From the NCBI RefSeq assembly GCF_900232105.1, contig NZ_LT934425.1, positions 3,270,001 to 3,302,000 on the forward strand: a stretch of DNA of 32,000 bases, in the 5' to 3' direction. Within the stretch, counting starts at the first letter, position 1; every line of letters begins with the position of its first letter. This document shows positions 23,836 to 32,000 of the stretch, one piece after another. The translations under genes were made by a program, and so were the position numbers. The stretch is from Candidatus Kuenenia stuttgartensis (GTDB taxonomy: Bacteria; Planctomycetota; Brocadiia; Brocadiales; Brocadiaceae). The notes under the pieces are model-generated. The model saw nothing but the letters and a program-made list of their open reading frames with translations, had not been told where the DNA came from and did no database searches.

Positions 23836-26046
23836 CTACAAAGCTTTCACGAAACACGCTGTTGTGGTAATGAGGGTGGTTTCTTCCAGAAAACGAAGAC
23901 ATTTTTCTCCAGACCGTGGTTCCCCAAAATAATACCCCTGAACAGCATCACAGCCTTGATTCTGTAAGTATTTAATTTGAGTCATGGTTTCTACCCCTTC
24001 AGCGACGGTGCACAAATGGAGTCCTTTTCCCATAGCTATTATGGCATTAACCAGGCAGGATTCATCTGTTTCATTTTGGATGCTCTGCATAAATGATTGG
24101 TCAATTTTAAGCGTATGAATGGGGAGTTTTTGTATGTACGATAATGATGAATATCCAATCCCAAAATCATCTATAGCAACTGTTATCGAGTGTTTATGAA
24201 GATGATTCAGTATTTGTGCCATATGTTCCAGATCGGCCATTAATATACTTTCCGTCAGTTCGATTTCCATATTTTTCCCGGGAAATTGGCATGTGTCAAG
24301 CATATGCACGAAATTTTCCACAAAAAGGGGGTTTTCAATCTGCAGGGGAGAAATATTAACAGACAGGCGAATGGTATCATGGCCCTTTTTAATCCACTCT
24401 CTGACTTCACAACATGCGTGGTGAAGAACCCAATCACCTAAATCCTCTATTAGCCTTGTTTCTTCGGCAACAGGAATAAACTCGCAAGGACGAATTTTCC
24501 CTTTTTCAGGGTGATTCCATCGAACAAGTGCCTCAAAACCAATTACCTTTCCGGTATTGATTGTTATTTGCGGTTGATAAACAATCTCAAATTCATTGTT
24601 TTTCAAAGCCCGTCTCAAATCCCTTTCCATCGCTAAATGGTGTGGGCTGGAAGTCTTCATTCCTTTATCAAAGAACTGAATCCCCTTTTTTCCCCGGCCT
24701 TTTGCCTGATACATAGCGATTTCTGCATTTTGAATAAGCTGTTCAATAGTTTCACCATGTTCCGGGAAAAAAGAAATACCGATGCTGACGTTGCCAAAAA
24801 TCTCCTGATCACCAATCACAAAAGGCGCATGCATTATATCAGTAATTTTTAACGCTACCTGCCTGGTATTTTCAGGGGCGTTTATTTCCGGAAGCAGGAG
24901 CATGAATTCGTCCGCGCCAAAACGGGATAAAATATCATATTTTCGCAAACAGGATTCCAATCTCTGCGTTACCGATTGAAGCAATTGATCTCCCACTGCA
25001 TGACCAAGTGAATCATTAATTATTTTGAATCTGTTCAGGTCGAGAAACAAGACCGCGACAATACAATTATTTTGCCTTGCCTTGTTTATGGCCAGCCGGC
25101 CACTTTTTTCAAAAGATGCCCGATTTGGCAATTTGGTTAATAAATCGTGGCAGGCTTGAAAGTGTATGTATTCTTTCGCCTCTTTTCTTTCTGTCATATC
25201 ATGAGCGATTACGTAGACGCCAAATAATTTATCGCCTGAAATATTTCCGTTTTTTGGCTGGAATCCAAGCAAATTTAATTCAACAGGAAATAGCGTAAGC
25301 TCGAAATAACGGCTTTTAAAATAATTCTCTTTTGGTACAAGGCAAACCTCTATTTTATCGGACGGATAATTTCCAGAGCCACGCCTTATTTTTTCTTTCA
25401 CAAATACATTTAACCTCTCAACGTCTTCCGGGCGGACAATTTCGGAGTATAGTTTGCCTATCAGTTCCTGCGGCTTATATCCTAGAAAATTTTCAATTTG
25501 GGTGTTTATGAACATAATCCGTCCTTCGTGATCTATCGTACAGATTATGTCCGGAGAATTATTGACAATATATCTGTGAAGCACCTCGGATTTCTTCAGA
25601 TGACGCTGCATTTTTATGTTTAGCACTTCCCTCTGTATTTTGGTGGTGGTATTTTTAATTTTCACTAGCAGCTCTTCAGGGTCGTATGGTTTTTTTATGT
25701 AATCCAAAGCTCCCCTTTGTATTGCCTTGCTGACGGAAGCAAACGAGGTATTTCCGCTGATTACAATGACAGGCGTTTTAATTGAATGGTCATTCATAAA
25801 ATTCATGACGTCATAGCCGGATATGCCGTTAAGGTTAAGGTCCAGCAATAAGAGGTCGTATGATGTTGCCGAGAGTGCCCGGCAGGCCTGAGACCCTCCT
25901 TTGATAGTGGTGACGCAATATCGGTGGATTTCCAAAAGCTGTTTAACACTTTCCAGCATTCCGGGGTCATCATCTACTACCAGGATATGGATATCGTGAA
26001 AGTCATTTCCTGCAGTTAAATTTTGATATATTGGCGGTGGATTCAT
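23836..26046 (-). CDS. Response regulator: REC-PAS-GGDEF(degenerate)-EAL c-di-GMP phosphodiesterase
   Basis: REC carries VVDDDPG, LLLDLNL and KKP. A PAS region follows. The GGDEF motif is degenerate (GADEF), but the upstream RKYD I-site is kept (RKYDILSRFGADEF). The EAL domain has EALVRW, NISP, ELTES, DDFGIGYSSL, KIDQSF, EGVET and QGYYF. Confidence 0.9.
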   Translation of the reverse strand: MNPPPIYQNLTAGNDFHDIHILVVDDDPGMLESVKQLLEIHRYCVTTIKGGSQACRALSATSYDLLLLDLNLNGISGYDVMNFMNDHSIKTPVIVISGNTSFASVSKAIQRGALDYIKKPYDPEELLVKIKNTTTKIQREVLNIKMQRHLKKSEVLHRYIVNNSPDIICTIDHEGRIMFINTQIENFLGYKPQELIGKLYSEIVRPEDVERLNVFVKEKIRRGSGNYPSDKIEVCLVPKENYFKSRYFELTLFPVELNLLGFQPKNGNISGDKLFGVYVIAHDMTERKEAKEYIHFQACHDLLTKLPNRASFEKSGRLAINKARQNNCIVAVLFLDLNRFKIINDSLGHAVGDQLLQSVTQRLESCLRKYDILSRFGADEFMLLLPEINAPENTRQVALKITDIMHAPFVIGDQEIFGNVSIGISFFPEHGETIEQLIQNAEIAMYQAKGRGKKGIQFFDKGMKTSSPHHLAMERDLRRALKNNEFEIVYQPQITINTGKVIGFEALVRWNHPEKGKIRPCEFIPVAEETRLIEDLGDWVLHHACCEVREWIKKGHDTIRLSVNISPLQIENPLFVENFVHMLDTCQFPGKNMEIELTESILMADLEHMAQILNHLHKHSITVAIDDFGIGYSSLSYIQKLPIHTLKIDQSFMQSIQNETDESCLVNAIIAMGKGLHLCTVAEGVETMTQIKYLQNQGCDAVQGYYFGEPRSGEKCLRFLEETTLITTTACFVKAL

Positions 26047-26174
26047 AGGATATACCTTGTTAAATTACGGTTGCCTTCTGTAAACGGGGCATAGTTCCGT
26101 GTGATATAGCCGTCTGTCTGTCTGCATACTGAAAGTTAGATACCATAGCATGCCGGGCCTTTTATCAAATACCT

Positions 26175-26249
26175 TTAACAGAAGAACAACATGTTTTCTA
26201 TCTGCTTTTTAAGAAGGTGAGTTTTTCCTGTGTCAGCAGTAATTTTCAT
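26175..26249 (-). CDS. Possible 24-codon small ORF between histidine kinase and response regulator
   Basis: ATG is preceded by AGGAGG at a 9-nt spacing, a stronger SD than either flanking gene has. The peptide is MKITADTGKTHLLKKQIENMLFFC. It is too short to validate from sequence. Confidence 0.25.
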   Translation of the reverse strand: MKITADTGKTHLLKKQIENMLFFC

Positions 26250-26271
26250 GCAATATCTGCCTCCTGTGTTT

Positions 26272-28404
26272 TTATGTTACCGTCCGTCCTGGCAGGTAAA
26301 TTGTAAATGCAGTCCCTGCCTTTGAACTCTGGCAGTTAATAGAACCATTCATGGAAGAAACCAGATTTTTTACAATGCTAAGTCCAAGTCCGGAATGGTT
26401 TCCCCCCTTTGTACTATGCACGGGCGTAAAGAGGCTCTGAAGGATATGTTCCGGTATGCCAGGTCCGTTGTCCTTTATTATTATTTCGACGAAAGGCTTG
26501 CCGTCTATAGTAACATTGTCTCTTGTAGATGCGTGGATTTGTCCGCCTTTCTGCATGGTTTCTACAGCGTTTTTCAGGAGGTTTATCATTACTTGTTTCA
26601 GGGCAGTCCCATTTGTTTGAAGAGGCAGCATTGATGTATCAAGGTCAAGTTGATACTCAATGTTATTGGTGATGAATAAGGATTGTTTAAAAATGAGAAA
26701 GGTATCACTAATCAATGTGTTTACATCGATACCTCCATTTTCAACCGTGCCGGAATTAACGTCAGAAAACCGCAAAAGAATTTTACCTGCCCGGTCAATT
26801 TCTTCTTTTATAATCTGCAGCTCTTTTTGAATATTCGAATTACTTCTCAGTTTATGCCCTAACATTTCCAAATAGATTTTAACAATACATAAAGGGTTAC
26901 TGGCTTCGTGTATTATTTCTCTTATCTTTTTTGACAATTCATGGGATTCGGTATTTGAGGCGGATTTTTTCCCTGAAATATTTGATTCAAACTTTTTGAT
27001 AAAGAGTCCTGTCTCCGCCGCAAAAAGCTCCAATAGCCGCTGTTGATCATTATGGCGAGTTTGATAGTTTTTATCTGCGCCGATAACTAACGCTCCTATG
27101 AATTCATCGTCTGCAACTAACGGCAGGCATACTATTCCGTCAGAGTGTGATAGTCGTATCAGTTGCCGGTCGATAATACTCAGTTTGGAGGCACTTTCAG
27201 TGAAAGACGAAGTTATGCGGTTTTGTAACAAGGCGTTTGCAACCAGGCTTCTGCCGGATTCAACAGCGATTAAAAGTTTATCCGGCCTTTTAACAAACTC
27301 ATTGCCGTTTCCGGTAAGGTTGGCTTTTAAGGTATTTGCGGGTGCATCGTAAAGAAATATATGACAATTATCCAGTCCAAACAAAAGCTTAATGGCAACC
27401 CTGATGTGTTCCAGCAAATCTGCTGTGCTTCTTGCCTGCAGGAGCTGATTTTTCGCAGAATTTATGAGGCTGATATGCTTTACTTCTTTCGCAAGTTGGG
27501 CATGTTTGTTTTGATCTGAGTCTTCAATCTTTCCTGCGTGGGTATTCTTTCCGGCAACAATATCCATTGAATTTGCGATGAGCTGCACTTCTCTTTCGGC
27601 GCTACCGGTAATTTCCCTCACCATAGGAGCTGTCAGCCCGAACAGATAGTCTGCAGTTTCAATCGTTAATTGCCGGTTTGTGTCATTTTCGCTGCTAAGT
27701 ACGCTGGCCAAATTAACTATTTTTACAAGGTGATGTGCATCTAAAATTGAATGCGCAGGTTCGTGATGATAGAGGATCGCATCTGCAGCAAAATTCTCCA
27801 GATTCCAGCCATTCACAAGCCAAAAACCCACTTCGCCGTGAGTAATCCCCATATCCTTTTTCTCTATAATTACAAGATCGTCATCGCCCTTCGCACGGTG
27901 GGCAATCTCCACATATCTTTCCGGATAACAACTTATTAAGACGAGTTGGCCTACATTATGTAGAAGGCCTGCCAGATAGGCTTCATCTGGATAGTTGTAT
28001 CCGGTTAATACAGAAAGAGACTTGGCAAGCAACGCACCGGTAAGTGAACGGTGCCAGAATGTTTTAAGAAAGGAGGTCTTTTCAGCATTAAAACCTGAGA
28101 AAAATTGATGTACTGCTGTTGTCATAGCAATCGTCTTCAGCGTTTCTACGCCAAGCGCCACCAGGGCATTGTCGATGCTGGTTATTCCTCTTCGGCGCCC
28201 GTAAAAAGCCGAATTGGCAAGACTGATTACCTGAGTGCAGAGAGCGGCTTCTCTGCGGATAAGTTCTGCAATCTCTTGAAATGAGGTATCGTTTTTATAG
28301 CAGGCATGGAGAAGTTGCAACAAACTTTGTGGAAGCGATGGGGGGGTAAATCCATGCAATTCATTCAAAATATTTTGCGATGCTTGATCGATGGTCAGCG
28401 GCAT
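26272..28404 (-). CDS. HDOD-GAF sensor histidine kinase
   Basis: N-terminal HDOD region (..LPQSLLQLLHACYKNDTSFQEIAELIRREAALCTQVISLANSAFYG..). A GAF-like middle region follows. The H-box is IHEASNPL, and HATPase_c carries NLLKNAVE, DNGPGI and GLGLS. The start is uncertain (ATG 28404 against TTG 28410). Confidence 0.85.
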   Translation of the reverse strand: MPLTIDQASQNILNELHGFTPPSLPQSLLQLLHACYKNDTSFQEIAELIRREAALCTQVISLANSAFYGRRRGITSIDNALVALGVETLKTIAMTTAVHQFFSGFNAEKTSFLKTFWHRSLTGALLAKSLSVLTGYNYPDEAYLAGLLHNVGQLVLISCYPERYVEIAHRAKGDDDLVIIEKKDMGITHGEVGFWLVNGWNLENFAADAILYHHEPAHSILDAHHLVKIVNLASVLSSENDTNRQLTIETADYLFGLTAPMVREITGSAEREVQLIANSMDIVAGKNTHAGKIEDSDQNKHAQLAKEVKHISLINSAKNQLLQARSTADLLEHIRVAIKLLFGLDNCHIFLYDAPANTLKANLTGNGNEFVKRPDKLLIAVESGRSLVANALLQNRITSSFTESASKLSIIDRQLIRLSHSDGIVCLPLVADDEFIGALVIGADKNYQTRHNDQQRLLELFAAETGLFIKKFESNISGKKSASNTESHELSKKIREIIHEASNPLCIVKIYLEMLGHKLRSNSNIQKELQIIKEEIDRAGKILLRFSDVNSGTVENGGIDVNTLISDTFLIFKQSLFITNNIEYQLDLDTSMLPLQTNGTALKQVMINLLKNAVETMQKGGQIHASTRDNVTIDGKPFVEIIIKDNGPGIPEHILQSLFTPVHSTKGGNHSGLGLSIVKNLVSSMNGSINCQSSKAGTAFTIYLPGRTVT

Positions 28405-29046
28405 TTGCAATTGTCGTTAAAAAATATCAGAAAGTGTTTCTGCATTTAGACTTGGTGGGTATTAAAGCAAAACTGAATAAAATTGCAAGCATTTTCTGTT
28501 TTACTTTAATTGTATAGGAATTTTCACCTGAAAATCCTTTTTTCACACAAAGGTACTTGTCTGCGTGCGACGCACAGACAGGCGAAAAGCACAAAGAAGA
28601 TGATAAAAAAGAGAAAGATTTCTCCTACCTCTGTGGTATTTGGTACGCCAAGGAGCATATATATCAGTTTGTGCAAATGCATTCAACGGCAGGATTATTC
28701 GGAGATACAGACGTTTGAAGAGTTTTTCACGTCGAGACAGTTCCGGACGAATTGATTTGATACCAGATTATATACAAGACGTATTTATCAGTTTACACGC
28801 ATGGGAAAAATAGGGATAATATAGTCAAATAAATCTATTTTTCGAAAAAGATTAACCACTTACGAAGTTTGAACAGGATAACTTTTGTTAAATGGAAGCT
28901 AGATCTTCCAATGCAATTTAGTTCCCAGGACGGAAACTGAGAAAGAGCGTTTTTTGCTTTTTCAAAAAACTAAATAGTTACCAATACAATAAATTTAATA
29001 CTTTAATACTACCTGTACTTTTTAATCATATAAAGAGTGCTGTCAT

Positions 29047-30687
29047 ATGAAGAAAAATCATTCCACGAAAAATAGTATACGCATAAAATTGCTTATAACA
29101 ATGATAAGCTTGATTGTCGGCTTGTTGACCGTTTTAACCTTTATTCAGATTTCCACTCAAAAAATAGTCCTGAAAAAAGAATTTGGACGCAGAATCGAGC
29201 TGATGAAAAATAATCTTGTAGAGAAAGGAAAAATCTTATCAGACAATCTGGCAAGACAAACGGAAAACAATATTGCGTCGTATAACTTCTCCAATGCTGC
29301 TGAAATACTAAACAAAACAGTACATGAATACCAGGAGTTGGATTACATTATTCTGATGGATTCCTCCTGTATGGTGTACACCCATACATTACATCCTGAA
29401 TTACAGCAGGAAAAACTTTCAGGGGAGGAAGATTTATTTGCGGCAAGCCGGAGGAACCCAACTATCTATGAATTTTCAAGAAATACTACTTCGTTCATGG
29501 AAATCATTATTCCAATAAGCGTAAGTACCGAACAATGGGGAACGCTGCGCCTCGGCTTTTCCCTGAATACCCTCAACAACGAAATATTAAATTCAAGGAA
29601 TGAAATACGAAAGAAAATAGAGGAAATGGTTCTTCGGTCTGTCCTTACCTCAATTCTATTCGTTGTAATTGGTGTAATAATTGTTTATATATTATCAACC
29701 AGACTCTCTAAACCTATTGTGAAATTGACAGAATCCGCCCGTTTATTGGCTAATGGCAATTTTACTGCCGCTTTAAATCTAAAAATTACTTCAAAAGATG
29801 AAATTGGCATACTTGCAGCATCATTTATTGAAATGTCAAATAACCTGAAGGCTTCGTACGAAAAACTGGAAGAGTACAGTCACACCCTGCAACAAAAAGT
29901 TGAAGACAGAACACGGGAACTCAAGGATGCTAATCAAAAATTACAAGATCTCGATAAAGCAAAATCAGGATTCTTATCTACCGTATCACATGAACTCAGA
30001 ACCCCGCTCACGGCAATCATTGGATTCACGAACATTATTAAAAAACGATTAGATACCTTCATCTTTCCGCAAATAGAAACGAACGCAATAAAATCACAAA
30101 AGGCTATACAACAGATAAAGGAAAATATTAACATCATACTCTCGGAAGGAGAGAGGTTAACAAATTTGATTAATGACGTGCTTGACCTGGCGAAGATTGA
30201 AGCAGGCAAAATTGAATGGAAAAGGCATCAGACTTCGGTAACAGAAGTAATTATGAATGCTACAGCGGCAACCACTGCCCTTATAGAACAAAAAGGCCTT
30301 GCGCTGAATGTTGATATTGAAAAAAATATACCCGATTTTTACGGGGATAAAAACAGGTTTATACAAGTCGTGATAAACCTAATTTCCAATGCAATAAAAT
30401 TTACCGACAAAGGCGCCATCTCATGCTATGCAAAACAAACAGACAATAAAATCCAGGTTACCGTAATGGACACTGGCGTAGGGATTGCACCTGAAAATCT
30501 TGAAAAAATCTTTGACAAATTCAAACAAGTGGGTGATACGCTTACCAATAAACCTGGCGGCACCGGTCTGGGCCTCCCGATATGCAAACAGATCGTTGAA
30601 TATCATGGAGGCTCTATCCATGCAGAAAGCGAACCAAACAAAGGCACCGCATTTTCATTTACAATACCCTTGCGTGCTGATGTGTAA
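29047..30687 (+). CDS. Membrane sensor histidine kinase (extracytoplasmic sensor domain-HAMP-HisKA-HATPase)
   Basis: Two TM segments flank a 170-aa sensor region of about that size. HAMP is ..LSKPIVKLTESARLLANGNF..DEIGILAASFIEM... The H-box is SHELRTPL, with N, G1 and G2 boxes (NLISNAIKFT, DTGVGI, GTGLGL). No adjacent response regulator. Confidence 0.88.
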   Translation: MKKNHSTKNSIRIKLLITMISLIVGLLTVLTFIQISTQKIVLKKEFGRRIELMKNNLVEKGKILSDNLARQTENNIASYNFSNAAEILNKTVHEYQELDYIILMDSSCMVYTHTLHPELQQEKLSGEEDLFAASRRNPTIYEFSRNTTSFMEIIIPISVSTEQWGTLRLGFSLNTLNNEILNSRNEIRKKIEEMVLRSVLTSILFVVIGVIIVYILSTRLSKPIVKLTESARLLANGNFTAALNLKITSKDEIGILAASFIEMSNNLKASYEKLEEYSHTLQQKVEDRTRELKDANQKLQDLDKAKSGFLSTVSHELRTPLTAIIGFTNIIKKRLDTFIFPQIETNAIKSQKAIQQIKENINIILSEGERLTNLINDVLDLAKIEAGKIEWKRHQTSVTEVIMNATAATTALIEQKGLALNVDIEKNIPDFYGDKNRFIQVVINLISNAIKFTDKGAISCYAKQTDNKIQVTVMDTGVGIAPENLEKIFDKFKQVGDTLTNKPGGTGLGLPICKQIVEYHGGSIHAESEPNKGTAFSFTIPLRADV

Positions 30688-30933
30688 ACCCCTTTAGCAG
30701 GGATTCTTCATCTGATATCTATGTGCTTCCAAAGTACCCCGAAACTCTTTCTCATAGAAGCAGAACAGACTTTGTTTAAATAACATACTTTGCTTGACGA
30801 ACATGTTCTCTGTATCTATACTTAAACCGTTCATAATTTGTAATTCATCTTTTAAGCATCTTGAGTATATTATAAAAATGTGCATAATACGCTGTTTACT
30901 TTTCTGCAGCATAAAGAGGGCTAGGGAGGATTA

Positions 30934-31866
30934 ATGAAAATACTTGTCACGGGAGGCGCAGGCTTTATCGCTTCTCATTTAGTGGACAACTTAATTGCCA
31001 AAGGGCACGACGTAGTAATTGTTGATAATCTTTCCACGGGAAGAGAAGAAAACATTAATCCCAAGGCGCGGTTTTACAAAATGGATATTTGTAATGTCGC
31101 TGCCTTGGCAGACATCTTCGACAAGGAAAGGCCTGATGTAGTAAATCACCATGCTGCGCATGCTGATGTACGTAAATCGGTAGAAATGCCGGCTTACGAT
31201 GCAAATATAAACATACTCGGGTCACTGAATCTTTGTCAATTATCGATGAAATACCAGGTAAAGAAATTTATTTATGCTTCTACGGGAGGGGCAGTCTATG
31301 GAGAACCGAAGCGCATGCCTGTAACGGAGGAATCACCCATTGAACCTCTTTCCCAATACGGAGTAAGCAAGCATACGGTAGAACATTATTTGTCCGTTTT
31401 TAACAAATTATACCATATGGACTTCACTATTCTTAGATACCCAAATGTTTACGGTCCAAGACAATCACCGTATGGAGAAGCAGGCGTTGTAGCTATTTTC
31501 AGCGAACATATTTTAAATAATAAACGCCCAACAATTTTTGGGGATGGCAGTAAAACGAGGGACTATGTTTTTGTAGCAGATATTATTGAGGCAAATCTTA
31601 AAGCATTGGAAAAAGAAGGGAATGGCGAAATCTTTAATTTAGGATGGGGGCTGGAAATTCCCGATTTGGCTGTTTTTCAGGCTATTCGGGATGCCTTAAA
31701 TTCAAAAATAGAGCCTATTTTCGGAAATAAACGGAATGGAGAAATAGAACGTATATGCCTTGATAGCACTAAGGCAATAAAAATGCTTCATTGGATGCCA
31801 AAAATCAATTTTAAAGAGGGGATAAAACTATCCACTAATTACTATAAGCAATTAAAGAACGCTTAA
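30934..31866 (+). CDS. NAD-dependent epimerase/dehydratase (UDP-glucose 4-epimerase-like extended SDR)
   Basis: TGGAGFIASHL Rossmann motif, catalytic YGVSKH (YxxxK), 310 aa. GGGAGG SD upstream. Confidence 0.85.
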   Translation: MKILVTGGAGFIASHLVDNLIAKGHDVVIVDNLSTGREENINPKARFYKMDICNVAALADIFDKERPDVVNHHAAHADVRKSVEMPAYDANINILGSLNLCQLSMKYQVKKFIYASTGGAVYGEPKRMPVTEESPIEPLSQYGVSKHTVEHYLSVFNKLYHMDFTILRYPNVYGPRQSPYGEAGVVAIFSEHILNNKRPTIFGDGSKTRDYVFVADIIEANLKALEKEGNGEIFNLGWGLEIPDLAVFQAIRDALNSKIEPIFGNKRNGEIERICLDSTKAIKMLHWMPKINFKEGIKLSTNYYKQLKNA

Positions 31867-31870
31867 TTAT

Positions 31871-31893
31871 CTGGGTATGACATCCATACCCAG
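31871..31893. terminator. 9-bp hairpin after the epimerase gene (weak terminator candidate)
   Basis: ctgggtatg acatc catacccag starts 5 nt after the stop. There is no clear U-tract. It may serve convergent transcription, since an open minus-strand frame runs off the window end. Confidence 0.3.
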
Positions 31894-32000
31894 TGATATA
31901 CTACGAAAGATTTATAATAATTAATGGTACAGCAATTCCCCGTCTTTTATAAAAGGAGCTATCTCCAAAAAGATATTTTGCCATGCAGAAATATCTCTTG

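Noticed and set aside
28540-28600. Possible c-di-GMP-I (GEMM) riboswitch: ACGCACAGACAGGCGAAAAGCACAAAG resembles the 5' part of the Vc2 aptamer (ACGCACAGGGCAAACC..)
   Set aside because: I could not find a compatible P2 with tetraloop and receptor, a second ACGCAAAGC junction, or a P3 helix. The local 9-bp bulged hairpin (tgtctgcgt..acgcacagaca) explains the sequence better. The same check on GGCAAATTGCAG at 23179-23190 also failed.
28510-28755. 81-aa ORF in the divergent gap between the two histidine kinases
   Set aside because: It has no SD. Its highly basic, low-complexity product (..HRQAKSTKKMIKKRKISPTS..) reads through a hairpin or repeat-like sequence. It is probably non-coding.
30694-30912. 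72-aa minus-strand ORF between the HAMP kinase and the epimerase
   Set aside because: It has no SD and no recognisable motif. It occupies the likely promoter region of the epimerase gene and has an odd composition.
31901-32000. Open minus-strand frame running off the window end (..KRYFCMAKYLFGDSSFYKRRGIAVPLIIINLS*)
   Set aside because: Only 33 codons are visible, which is too short to tell a real gene's 3' end from chance. I note it only because it would make the 31871-31893 hairpin a convergent terminator.
1-32000. tRNA, rRNA, tmRNA or other housekeeping RNA genes
   Set aside because: I found no T-loop (GGTTCRANTCC) with an acceptor-stem context and no rRNA-like conserved blocks while reading both strands. 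A covariance-model scan would be needed for certainty.

Overview
AT-rich bacterial chromosomal window; the taxon cannot be assigned from sequence alone. It has three parts.

(1) 1-5.6 kb: housekeeping genes colonised by insertion sequences. These are a partial hflX (missing from the ORF track), an ATP-grasp acetate-CoA ligase beta-like gene, an IS200-type tnpA, a tandem Kdo/LPS-kinase-like protein, and an IS1634/IS4-like element with perfect 21-bp terminal inverted repeats.

(2) 5.6-14.3 kb: a flagellar filament locus. It runs flagellin-1 (with a textbook sigma-28 promoter), fliD, an ISL3 element with an 8-bp target duplication inserted between fliD and the downstream chaperone genes, a FlgN/FliT-like ORF, fliS and flaG. 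On the opposite strand lie a GT2+TPR glycosyltransferase and a second, diverged flagellin.

(3) 14.3-31.9 kb: an unusually dense c-di-GMP and two-component neighbourhood.
- GAF-HD-GYP, ending 44 bp upstream of flagellin-2
- two tandemly duplicated PAS-like/LuxR regulators
- an EPS priming polyprenyl glycosylphosphotransferase
- GAF-GGDEF fused to a PilZ-like domain
- a stand-alone PilZ
- REC-PAS-(degenerate GGDEF)-EAL
- HDOD-GAF histidine kinase
- a HAMP histidine kinase
- an NAD-dependent sugar epimerase

I found no CRISPR array, tRNA/rRNA, reverse transcriptase or recognisable defence or toxin system. The most interesting signals are:
- the motility/c-di-GMP wiring: the two flagellins appear to be controlled differently, and a diguanylate cyclase carries its own PilZ
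- the recent ISL3 insertion in the flagellar operon, whose transposase is split exactly at an A_AAA_AAA heptamer
- a perfect 27-bp palindrome at the 5' end of the candidate flagellin glycosyltransferase
- several unexplained repeats and long non-coding intervals

All homology statements rest on motif recognition by eye, not database searches.
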